DNA from: Myxococcales bacterium
GTDB lineage: Bacteria > Myxococcota_A > Bradymonadia > UBA7976 > UBA1532
Length of the DNA stretch: 64,000 nucleotides
Direction: 5' to 3'
Assembly: GCA_020633465.1 (NCBI GenBank)
Contig: JACKDN010000004.1
Span: 130,290 to 194,289 of the forward strand
A program made the translations under genes and the position numbers. Below the pieces are notes generated by a model, which was given only the letters and a program-made list of their open reading frames with translations, ran no database searches and was not told the DNA's origin. Shown in pieces: positions 55,101 through 63,653 of this stretch. Position 1 is the stretch's first letter. Each line of letters begins with the position of its first letter.

Positions 55101-56702
55101 ATGAAGACCCAGACGCCCCACGCCCGCCTGCGCACCCTGCTGGACGGCACCGCCACCTGGGACGCCTTCGACGCGCTGTGCGACGAGCGACCCGACGGCA
55201 TCGTGTCGGCCACCCGGGCCCTGCTGACCGAGTCCGAGGGGGCCCGGGCGCAGACCCTGGTGCGCTTCCTGGCCCACTGGGGCGACGACGAGGCGGTGGG
55301 GGCCCTGGTCGGCAGCCTCGACCACCCCGACGCGGGCGTGGTGGCGGCGGCGCTCGAGCACCTCAACCGCCTGCGCAGCCGCATCCCGCCGCCCAAGGTG
55401 CGCGCCCTGCTGGGCCACCCCGATCGGCTCGTGGTCCTCGGCGCGCTCGGCGCGGCGGGCCACACGGGCGATCTGTCCCTCGCGCCGGAGGTGGCGGCCT
55501 TCCTGCACAGCGAGGGCGAGCTGCAGGCGCAGGCGGCCGTCGCCCTGGGCCGCATCGGCGCCGACGCCTACGCGCGCCCCCTGGCCGCCGCCCTGCCGCA
55601 CCTCGACGATCTCGCCCGCGAGGCCTACCTGCTGGCCCTCGAGCTGATGGCGGCGCCGAGCGCCATCCCCTACCTGGTCCGCTGGCTCGAGACCGCGCCG
55701 GCCGCCTGGGTGCGCCCCATCGGCCACCTGCTGTGGTGCCTCACCAGCATCGAGCCGCACGACGTCGACGACACCATCGAGGCGCTGCGCGCGGCGTGGC
55801 TGAGCTTGATGCGCAGCGACCAGCCCGATCGGCCGGCCCTGGCGCTGCGCGAGGTCGTCGTCTGCGGGCCGCGGGTGGTGTCGTTCAGCCTGGTGGGCGG
55901 CCAGAGCCGCGTCTACACCGCCTTCGACCACGCCGATCCCGGCGGCCTGGTGCGGTGGAGCCGCTCGCTGTACGTCGACGGGCAGCGCCTGTTCGACGTG
56001 GGCAACGACGGGGGCACCTGCGAGGCGCTGCTGACGCTGGCCGGCTGGCCCCGCGAGCGCGCGCGGCTGGCGGCCGGCCAGCTGGCGACCGAGGTCGACG
56101 GGCTCGAGCTGCTGGACGAGGAGGCGGTGCACCGCTGCCTCCCGCTGCTGTCGACCATGCGCAGCGGCCGCTACCTGGCCGCGCTGCTGGACGTGCCCAT
56201 CGAGCGCATCGATCAGCCGCACCTGAGCTGGCTGTCGCGCCGCCGCCGCGCGCGCGCCGGCACCGCGCCGCCCGACATGGCCTGGGCCGACGGGCCGGAG
56301 CCCAGCGCGCCGCTCGCCGATCTGGTGCACTACCAGACGCCGATGGCCCTGGGCTTCGATCCGCCCACCCACGCCCTGATGATGCCCTCGCAGCCGACCG
56401 CCAAGGTGGACGGCCGCCACGCCGAGGCGCTGGCCGAGCGGCTGCGGGCGGGCCAGCGCCCGGCGGTCATCGCGCAGGGCTGGGTGGACGACCGCTTCGT
56501 CGACGCCCGCGTGGCGTCGCGGCTGCTCGAGATGGTGGTCATCGACGGCCACCACCGGCTGGAGGCCTACGCGCGCGCCGCCGTGCCCGCGCGCGTGCTG
56601 GTGCTGTGTCGGGTCGAGGACTCGTGGGGCCCCCCCGAGCACCCGGCGCGCTATCTGCGGGCGTGCTTCGCCGCGCTCGGGGCCCCGACGACGACGCCGT
56701 GA
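55101..56702 (+). CDS. HEAT-repeat protein with C-terminal ParB/Srx-like (DGHHR) module
   Basis: The N-terminal third has HEAT-like repeats (DDEAVGALVGSLDHPDAGVVAAALEHL; DAYARPLAAALPHL). The C-terminus has MVVIDGHHRLEAYARAAVPARVLV, a ParB N-terminal-domain-type motif. Confidence 0.55.
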   Translation: MKTQTPHARLRTLLDGTATWDAFDALCDERPDGIVSATRALLTESEGARAQTLVRFLAHWGDDEAVGALVGSLDHPDAGVVAAALEHLNRLRSRIPPPKVRALLGHPDRLVVLGALGAAGHTGDLSLAPEVAAFLHSEGELQAQAAVALGRIGADAYARPLAAALPHLDDLAREAYLLALELMAAPSAIPYLVRWLETAPAAWVRPIGHLLWCLTSIEPHDVDDTIEALRAAWLSLMRSDQPDRPALALREVVVCGPRVVSFSLVGGQSRVYTAFDHADPGGLVRWSRSLYVDGQRLFDVGNDGGTCEALLTLAGWPRERARLAAGQLATEVDGLELLDEEAVHRCLPLLSTMRSGRYLAALLDVPIERIDQPHLSWLSRRRRARAGTAPPDMAWADGPEPSAPLADLVHYQTPMALGFDPPTHALMMPSQPTAKVDGRHAEALAERLRAGQRPAVIAQGWVDDRFVDARVASRLLEMVVIDGHHRLEAYARAAVPARVLVLCRVEDSWGPPEHPARYLRACFAALGAPTTTP

Positions 56703-57676
56703 GCGAGCCGCCTCCCCGACGCCCCACCTGGCGAGAGCGGCGCCGCGCGCGGGCCGAGCGGCGCACCTCGGAGCGCGCCGCCGCGACCACCGACGCGCCG
56801 GCCGAGCCGCACGTCGACGCCGAGGGCCACCTGCACGACGGCCCGCCGCGCATCATCGAGGCGCACCCGGGGCCGCACATCGCGACGCCGCCGGTGCGGC
56901 CGGGCTGCCCGGACGGTCACGGCGCCGGCGAGCCGGACGCGCTGTCGGTGATGACCCTCAACGTCGCGCACGGGCGGGGGGCGCGCCTGCACCAGACCTT
57001 CCTGCGGCGGCGCACCATCGAGGCCCACCTGACCGCCATCGCGTCGGTGCTGGGGCGCGAGGCGCCGGATCTGGTGGCGCTGCAGGAGGCCGACGGGCCC
57101 TGCCTGTGGAGCGGCGGCTTCGACCACGTCGACTGGCTGGCGCGCGAGGGCGGGTTCGGCTGGCACGTGCGCGGCAGCCACGTGCAGGGTCGCCGGCTGG
57201 ACTACGGCACCGCGCTGCTGAGCCGGCTGCGCCCGGCCGATCCCCTGGCGATCACCTTCCGCCCGTCGCCGCCGACGCCGACCAAGGGCTTCGTCGTGGC
57301 GACGGTCGAGCACGGGGGGCACACCATCGACGTGGTGTCGGTGCACCTCGACTTCTCGCGCAGCCGGGTGCGGCGGCGGCAGGTGGCCGAGCTGGCCGAG
57401 GCGCTGCAGGCGCGCGACCACCTGCGCGTGGTGATGGGCGACCTGAACTGCGACTGGAAGGAGCGCGGCGGCACGCTGCGCACGCTGAGTGACGCCCTCG
57501 GGGTCGAGCCGCACGCGCCGGACGCGCACGAGGGCTTCGGCACCTACCGCGGGAAGGCGCGCCTGGACTGGGTGCTCACCTCGCCGACCTTGTCGGTGAA
57601 GGACTACCGCGTGCTGCCCGACGTGGTCAGCGACCACCGCGCGGTCGTCGCGCGGCTGGGCTTGCCGGGCGGTTGA
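56699..57676 (+). CDS. endonuclease/exonuclease/phosphatase (EEP) family protein
   Basis: GTG 56699 overlaps the upstream TGA (GTGA). MTLNVAHG, DLVALQEAD, VVSVHLD, VMGDLNCD, SDHRAVV. The Arg-rich 85-aa leader is of uncertain reality. Confidence 0.75.
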   Translation: MSEPPPRRPTWRERRRARAERRTSERAAATTDAPAEPHVDAEGHLHDGPPRIIEAHPGPHIATPPVRPGCPDGHGAGEPDALSVMTLNVAHGRGARLHQTFLRRRTIEAHLTAIASVLGREAPDLVALQEADGPCLWSGGFDHVDWLAREGGFGWHVRGSHVQGRRLDYGTALLSRLRPADPLAITFRPSPPTPTKGFVVATVEHGGHTIDVVSVHLDFSRSRVRRRQVAELAEALQARDHLRVVMGDLNCDWKERGGTLRTLSDALGVEPHAPDAHEGFGTYRGKARLDWVLTSPTLSVKDYRVLPDVVSDHRAVVARLGLPGG

Positions 57677-57743
57677 CGCTACCTTCGGCGCCATGAAGGA
57701 TGTCCACGCGCCCAGCACGCAGTGCCTATCGGCCGGGCTTTCA

Positions 57744-57928
57744 GCTGTCAGCGGTCAGCGGTCAGCTCGGCAACGGCTGAACGGACCGCGGCGCCCGCCC
57801 CCATCGCCGCGGCGCTCCAACTCCGGTGCCGAGCATGACACGCGCCGCGACGGCGCCTGCGGCGTGACCTCGCACCAGACGCGGGGGCAAGCAGACCGGC
57901 TGAGGGCTGACAGCTGACCGCTGACAGC
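57744..57928. repeat. perfect 16-bp inverted repeat (GTCAGC-rich) separated by 153 nt
   Basis: gctgtcagcggtcagc (57744-59) is the reverse complement of gctgaccgctgacagc (57913-28). Both arms sit in GTCAGC(G/T) reiterations. The region is bracketed by the direct repeat gcgccatgaagg at 57688-99 and 57961-72. Confidence 0.8.
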
Positions 57929-57965
57929 CCCTCACGATCCACCGCAGCGTGAGGTGCTTCGCGCC

Positions 57966-59291
57966 ATGAAGGTCCCCGACCATCTGCTCGACGCCATCCA
58001 CGGCGGGCGCTGCGTCGCCTTCGTGGGCGCGGGCTTCAGCGCCGCGGCGCGGCTGCCCGACTGGCGATCGCTGCTGACCGATCTGGCCGAGCACGCGCAC
58101 GTGGACGGGCAGGTTCAGGCCCACGTGCGCGATCTGGTGCTGCGGCCCGACGCGGGCGCGCACGAGTTCGATCAGGCGGCGCAGCTGGTCGAGGATCGCC
58201 TGGGGCGAGCCACCTTCCTCGCCGAGCTGCGCGCGCGGATGCAGGCGCCGCCGCTGGGCGACCTGATGAAGCGGCGGCTGCGGCACCTGCGCGGCATCCC
58301 CTTCCGCGCGATCGTCACGACCAACTTCGACCCCATCTTGGACGGCGAGGTGCCGTCGCCCGCGGCGTACCGGCGGCTGCTGCGGCCGACCGGCTTCCGC
58401 TGGTGGGAAGAGACCTTCTGGAGCGACGAGCCGCGCGGCGCGCGCGTGCTGAAGCTGCACGGCGACGTGCAGTCGGCCGCCGACGCCGACGCGGTCGTGT
58501 TGACCCGGCAGGACTACCGCCGACGCCTGTACCACGATCCCGGCTACATGACCTTCCTGCGCGGGCTGTTGTCGACCAACACCGTGTTGTTCCTCGGTTT
58601 TTCGTTCACCGACGCCTACCTCAACGAGCTGCGCAGCCAGGTGCTGGCCCTGTTCGACCACGGCCACGCCGGCGAGGACGCCCACCCGCTCGCCTACGCG
58701 CTGCTGGCCGACGTGCCCGACCTCACCCGGTTGCACCTGCAGCGCCACGAGGGCATCGAGGTGCTGCCCTTCAGCACGCACCGCGGTGAGGGCCCGCCCG
58801 ACTTCGCCGGCTTCGATCGGTGGCTCGAGGCCGTGTGGCGCGCCACCGCCGTCGAGCCGCGGTTCGGGCGCATGTTGGCCGGGCGCCGGCTGCTGTGGGT
58901 GGATCCTCACCCGGCGAACAACGAGGCGGGGTTCCGCTTCCTGCAGCGCGCCGCCCACGCCCACGATCACGGCGTGGTGCCCCTGCGCACCGTGCCCGAC
59001 GCCACCGCCGCGCTGGACGCGATGGCCGATCAGGGCTTCGGTCCGCGCGATCTGGTCGTGACGCACTGGGGCATCGACGCCGAGCAGGCCACCGGCCAGA
59101 GCACCGCCGAGGCGCTGCTGCGCGGCATGCGCGCCCGCGACCTGCGCACGCCCGTCGTGCTCTTCGCGTCGGCCCGCGAGGCCACCCGCCGCCGCGAGAT
59201 CGCCCTCGGCCTCGGCGCCCAGGCCTACTGCTTCGAGTGGCCGATGCTGTTCCGCGCCATCGAGCGCATCTTCGGACACCCGCACGATTGA
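57966..59291 (+). CDS. SIR2_2-family (SIR2-like) protein with C-terminal receiver-fold-like domain
   Basis: RCVAFVGAGFSAAARLPDWRSLL, IVTTNFDPIL, LKLHGDV and LFLGFSFTD are SIR2_2 signatures. The C-terminal approximately 140 aa (RRLLWVDPHPANNEAG...PVVLFAS...GAQAY) look like a CheY-like beta/alpha domain. Confidence 0.7.
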   Translation: MKVPDHLLDAIHGGRCVAFVGAGFSAAARLPDWRSLLTDLAEHAHVDGQVQAHVRDLVLRPDAGAHEFDQAAQLVEDRLGRATFLAELRARMQAPPLGDLMKRRLRHLRGIPFRAIVTTNFDPILDGEVPSPAAYRRLLRPTGFRWWEETFWSDEPRGARVLKLHGDVQSAADADAVVLTRQDYRRRLYHDPGYMTFLRGLLSTNTVLFLGFSFTDAYLNELRSQVLALFDHGHAGEDAHPLAYALLADVPDLTRLHLQRHEGIEVLPFSTHRGEGPPDFAGFDRWLEAVWRATAVEPRFGRMLAGRRLLWVDPHPANNEAGFRFLQRAAHAHDHGVVPLRTVPDATAALDAMADQGFGPRDLVVTHWGIDAEQATGQSTAEALLRGMRARDLRTPVVLFASAREATRRREIALGLGAQAYCFEWPMLFRAIERIFGHPHD

Positions 59292-61786
59292 GCCGCGCGC
59301 GCCCGCACCTGCCCATCGACGACGTCCTGCCCGCGGTGCTCGACGCGCTGCGCAGCGACGGGGCGGTCGTCGTCGTTGCGCCGCCGGGCGCGGGCAAGAC
59401 GACGCGGGTGCCGCCGGCGGTGCTGGACGCGGGGCTGGCGGGCGCGGGCAAGGTGGTGATGCTGCAGCCACGGCGGGTGGCGGCGCGGGCGTCGGCGGCG
59501 CGCATCGCGAGCGAGCGCGGCGTGTCGCTGGGCGGCGAGGTGGGCTATCGGGTGCGGTTCGACGATCGCACCAGCGCGGCGACGCGCATCGAGGTGCTCA
59601 CCGAGGGGCTGCTGACGCGGCGGCTGCAGGTCGATCCGTTTCTGGAGGACGTCGGCTGCGTGGTGCTCGACGAGTTCCACGAGCGCAGCCTGCACGCCGA
59701 CCTGGCGCTGGCGATGCTGGCCGAGGTGCGGCAGGCGCGCGACGACCTGCGCGTGGTCGTGATGTCGGCCACGCTCGACCCCGGGCCGGTGGCCGGCTTC
59801 CTCGGCTGTGCGGTGGTCGAGGCGGCGGGGCGGGCCTACCCGGTCGAGGTGACCTACGATCCGGCGCCGATGGACGGCCGGCCGGCCGAGCGCGCGGCCG
59901 CGGCGGCGCTGCAGGCGCTGCGCGACACCGCCGACGGGCACGTGCTGGTGTTCCTGCCGGGCGTCGGTGAGATCGAGCGCGCGGCCGAGCGACTGGTCGG
60001 GGCGCCGGCGCAGGTGCTGCCGCTGCACGGCAGCCTGTCGGCGGACGCGCAGGACCGGGCGCTCGCCCCGAGCGCCGACCGCAAGATCGTCCTCGCCACC
60101 AACATCGCCGAGACGTCGGTGACGCTCGAGGGCGTGCGCGTCGTGGTCGACACGGGCCTCGCGCGCGTACCGCGCTTCGATCCCGCCATCGGGCTCACCC
60201 GCCTGGAGCTGGGGCGCATCAGCCGGGCGTCGGCCGAGCAGCGCGCGGGCCGCGCCGGGCGCACGGGACCGGGCCGGTGCCGCCGGCTGTGGACCGAGGC
60301 CGAGCACCGCGGCCTGCTCGACTTCGAGGCGCCGGAGATCCGCCGCGTGGATCTGGCGGGCACCGCGCTGGAGGTGCTGGGCTGGGGCGCCGAGCCGGCG
60401 ACGTTCGGCTGGTTCGAGGCGCCGCCGCCGGCCGCGCTGGCCCACGCGGACGCGGTGCTGCGCCAGGTGGGCGCGCGCGACGACGCCGGGCTGACCCCGC
60501 TGGGCCGCACCCTGCTGCGCCTGCCCCTCTCACCGCGGCTGGCGCGCGTCGTCGTCGAGGGCCACGCGGCGGGCCACCTCACCGCCGCAGCCACGGTGGC
60601 CGCGCTGGCCGCCGAGCGCGATCTGTACCGCGATCCGCCCGACCACGTCGGCGACAGCGATCTGACCCTGCGCCTCGACGCGCTGGCGGCGCACGCGCGC
60701 GGCCGCACGCCGCCCAGGGTGAGCCGCGCGCGCGCCGCCCAGGTGGCCAAGGCGCGCGACCAGCTCGTGCGCGTGGCCCTCGGCGCGCTCGGCCCGCCCA
60801 GCGCCGACGCGCCCGCCGACGAGCGCACGCTCGCCCGCCTGCTGCTGGCCGGCTTCCCGGACCGCGTCGGGCGGCGGCGGGCCCCCAACGCCGACCGCTT
60901 CCGCCTGGCCAGCGGCGCCGGCGCCCGCCTCGACGCGCGCAGCGCCGTGCGCCACGCCGAGCTGATCGTGGCCGTCACCCTCGACGGCGCCCGCCGCGGC
61001 GAGCGCGCCGAGCACCGCGTCCGCATCGCGACGGCCATCGACGCCGCCGATCTGCCCACCACCACCGCCGTCGAGACGCGCTTCGACGCCGAGCGCGAGG
61101 CGGTGACGCAGGTGCAGGTGACCCGCTACCTCGAGCTGGTGCTGGCCGAGGTGCCCGCGGGCCGCGCGGCCGACCCCGCGCAGGTCGCGCGCACGCTGGC
61201 CGAGGCCGTCGCCGTCGATCCGCCGCGCGCCCTGGCGCTCGACGGCGACGCCGCCGCCTTCGTCGACCGCCTGCGCTGGCTGGCCGCCGCCGATCCCCCG
61301 CTCGACCTGCCGACGCTGCCCGAGCTGCAGCCCGGCGCCGAGGTGAGCCCCCTCCTCGAAGCCCTCTGCCACGGCCACCGCAGCTTCGCCGACCTGCGCC
61401 GTCTCGACCTGCACCGCTGGCTGCAGGGTTGGCTGGGCCACGGCGTCGTGCAGACCGTCGACCGCCTCGCCCCCACCCACCTGCCCCTGCCCGACGGCAC
61501 GCGCGGCCGCCTGACCTACGCCCCCGGCCAGCCGCCCGTGCTCGCCGCCCAACTGCAGCGCCTGTTCGGCCTGACCGAGACCCCCCGCGTCGCCGGCGGC
61601 AAGGCGCCGGTGCTGCTGCACCTGCTCGCCCCCAACCAGCGGCCCACCCAGATCACCGCCGACCTCGCCAGCTTCTGGGCCAACGGCTACCCCGAGGTGC
61701 GCAAACAGCTCCGCGGCCGGTACCCCAAGCACCGCTGGCCCGAGGATCCCCTGACGGCCGAACCGGGCGTGCGCCGCCCCCGCTGA
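59288..61786 (+). CDS. hrpB: ATP-dependent DEAH-box RNA helicase HrpB
   Basis: TTG 59288 overlaps the SIR2-like gene's stop (TTGA). LPIDDVLPAVLDAL, APPGAGKTT, LDEFHERS, SATL, ATNIAETSVT, QRAGRAGR. C-terminal HrpB-type domain ending KHRWPEDP. Confidence 0.85.
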   Translation: MSRARPHLPIDDVLPAVLDALRSDGAVVVVAPPGAGKTTRVPPAVLDAGLAGAGKVVMLQPRRVAARASAARIASERGVSLGGEVGYRVRFDDRTSAATRIEVLTEGLLTRRLQVDPFLEDVGCVVLDEFHERSLHADLALAMLAEVRQARDDLRVVVMSATLDPGPVAGFLGCAVVEAAGRAYPVEVTYDPAPMDGRPAERAAAAALQALRDTADGHVLVFLPGVGEIERAAERLVGAPAQVLPLHGSLSADAQDRALAPSADRKIVLATNIAETSVTLEGVRVVVDTGLARVPRFDPAIGLTRLELGRISRASAEQRAGRAGRTGPGRCRRLWTEAEHRGLLDFEAPEIRRVDLAGTALEVLGWGAEPATFGWFEAPPPAALAHADAVLRQVGARDDAGLTPLGRTLLRLPLSPRLARVVVEGHAAGHLTAAATVAALAAERDLYRDPPDHVGDSDLTLRLDALAAHARGRTPPRVSRARAAQVAKARDQLVRVALGALGPPSADAPADERTLARLLLAGFPDRVGRRRAPNADRFRLASGAGARLDARSAVRHAELIVAVTLDGARRGERAEHRVRIATAIDAADLPTTTAVETRFDAEREAVTQVQVTRYLELVLAEVPAGRAADPAQVARTLAEAVAVDPPRALALDGDAAAFVDRLRWLAAADPPLDLPTLPELQPGAEVSPLLEALCHGHRSFADLRRLDLHRWLQGWLGHGVVQTVDRLAPTHLPLPDGTRGRLTYAPGQPPVLAAQLQRLFGLTETPRVAGGKAPVLLHLLAPNQRPTQITADLASFWANGYPEVRKQLRGRYPKHRWPEDPLTAEPGVRRPR

Positions 61787-61879
61787 CCCGGCGCCGCGCC
61801 CTGCGAGGCGCCCGGCCGTGGTCGTCGTCGTCGTGGTCGAGCGCCCGAAGCGCGGCGCACGGACCCCCGCCGCCCGGCG

Positions 61880-63598
61880 TCAGGGATCGAGCTGAGGCAG
61901 TCGCCAGACCGCGACCGCCTGCTTCGCCATGTACCGCTGCCGCGCCCCGATCGCCTCGGCGTCCCAGCGCTCGTACCGCTCGGCGACCGCCCGGGTGGCT
62001 TCGATGGGGCTCAGCAGCATCGCCGCTCGCTTCGCCTCGTAGTCCGCCTGTCCCAACTGACGGTTGGGCTTGCCGTGCAGCAGCACGAGGTTGCCCAGGC
62101 GGTCCACCCACCGGGCGTGCTCGTCCTGAGTGAAGGGACCCCACCCTTCCTCGGGCATCCGATCGGGCAGGATGTGCTCCAGCGTCAGGTCCGACGCCTC
62201 GGTGTCGAGCGGCAGGCGATGCGCGTGCCGGGCCAGTCGCTCGAGGATGTACCGCGCCACCGTGTTGTTGCGCCCCGTGCGCGCGCGCAGCGAGCGCACG
62301 GCGAAGTCACCCCGAAACGCCTCGTCGTCGACGTAGATGGGCGCCAACGCGCGGATGATCGCGCCCGATTGCCCGAGCTCGCCCTCGCTGACCGCGATGG
62401 CGACGCGGTTGTAGGCGCGCTCCTGCTCGGCGGGCGACCGGCCGGCGATCACGTTGTAGCGGAAGCTGATCACCACGCACGCGCGCAGCACGTCGGCGAA
62501 GTCCCCATCGGTCAGCCTCCGACGGCAGGCCAACAGCAACGGCCACGGCTGGCGCACGCCGAAGCTGCGCAGCTCGCGCGCCAGATCCGCCAGCGGCCGA
62601 GACCAGACCTGCTCGTCGGGCTCCGCCAGGCCCATGAACGTCTCGACGTCGTCGTCGAGGGCGCGCAGCAGATCGAAGACCGCCTGCCGCGACGTGACCG
62701 TCTCGCGGATGCGCTTGAAGAGGTGCGCCTCGCGCACCAGCGGAGAGCGGCTGTTCCAGTGCGCGCGCAGGAACGCGGTGAACTGCTTGGCGCCCAGCTG
62801 GCCGACCAGCGACTCCCACCGCCGCTCGAGCGCCTCGAGCTCGTCGTCCGGGGCACCGACGGCCTCCCGGCTCACCACCGCGAACAGGTGGTTCTTCAGC
62901 AAGTCGGTGGGCGACAGCCGCACGCCCCGCGCGTTCAGTGTCTCGAACACCTTGAAGGCGTTCAGCTCGTCGGTGACGACGATCGAGGTGAAGAACAGCG
63001 ACTGCGCCACCTGTTGCAGGAACGCCGCCAGCCCTTCGCCCGTCTTCGCCCCGGCGAACCGCGCGCGGACCCTCCGATCGAACCACTCGAAGGCCTTGCG
63101 CAGCTGATGCTCGGAGCGCCGCCGGTTGCGCCGGGGCAGCTTGGCCAGCGGCACGATGTAGTGCCGGTAGTACGCGTCGTTGTGCCGGTTCAGGCTCAGC
63201 TTGGGTTCGGACACCAACGTGACCGGGTCCAGCGAGCCGACGTAGCGCTTGCGCAGCTCGTCCGCCCGGCGGCGCTCGACGTCCGCGGGATCCGGCGTCT
63301 TCGCGCGCTGCTCGATCTGCCCGATCACCGCCAACGCCAGCAAGCTCAGCGTCGTCAGGCGCTGCTGCCCGTCGATCACGTCGTAGCGCTGGTCGCCGCG
63401 CCCCTGCAGGACGAGGTAGCCCATGTAGTGGCCGACGCCCTCCGCGCCGCCCTCGAACAGCTCCTCGAGGTCCCGCCACAGATCGTCCCACTCCTCCTCG
63501 TCCCAGCTGTAGTCGCGCTGGAACGGCGGCACGCGGTAGCGCACCCCGTTGCCGAGCAGATCGGCGAGCGAGCGGTTCGAAGTGTCGATCGCGAACAT
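61880..63598 (-). CDS. DUF262/DUF1524 (GmrSD-like) protein, candidate type IV restriction/nuclease
   Basis: ATG 63598. DUF262 region: YRVPPFQRDYSWDEEEWDDLWRDL, VIDGQQRLTTLSL. DUF1524 His-Me region: LEHILPDRMP...VDRLGNLVLLHGKPNRQLG. Confidence 0.8.
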   Translation of the reverse strand: MFAIDTSNRSLADLLGNGVRYRVPPFQRDYSWDEEEWDDLWRDLEELFEGGAEGVGHYMGYLVLQGRGDQRYDVIDGQQRLTTLSLLALAVIGQIEQRAKTPDPADVERRRADELRKRYVGSLDPVTLVSEPKLSLNRHNDAYYRHYIVPLAKLPRRNRRRSEHQLRKAFEWFDRRVRARFAGAKTGEGLAAFLQQVAQSLFFTSIVVTDELNAFKVFETLNARGVRLSPTDLLKNHLFAVVSREAVGAPDDELEALERRWESLVGQLGAKQFTAFLRAHWNSRSPLVREAHLFKRIRETVTSRQAVFDLLRALDDDVETFMGLAEPDEQVWSRPLADLARELRSFGVRQPWPLLLACRRRLTDGDFADVLRACVVISFRYNVIAGRSPAEQERAYNRVAIAVSEGELGQSGAIIRALAPIYVDDEAFRGDFAVRSLRARTGRNNTVARYILERLARHAHRLPLDTEASDLTLEHILPDRMPEEGWGPFTQDEHARWVDRLGNLVLLHGKPNRQLGQADYEAKRAAMLLSPIEATRAVAERYERWDAEAIGARQRYMAKQAVAVWRLPQLDP

Positions 63599-63653
63599 GG
63601 CGCGTCCTTCGGGCGACCGCAGCGAGGGTACCATCACCCGCCTCGGCTGAGCG

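Noticed and set aside
57693-57917. 74-aa ORF (and the antisense 57748..57942) in the spacer upstream of the SIR2-like gene.
   Set aside because: The composition is dominated by the GTCAGC repeats and by Arg/Ser/Gly, and it has no RBS or recognisable motif. It is more likely non-coding structured DNA. Its ATG context is a duplicate of the SIR2-like gene's start.
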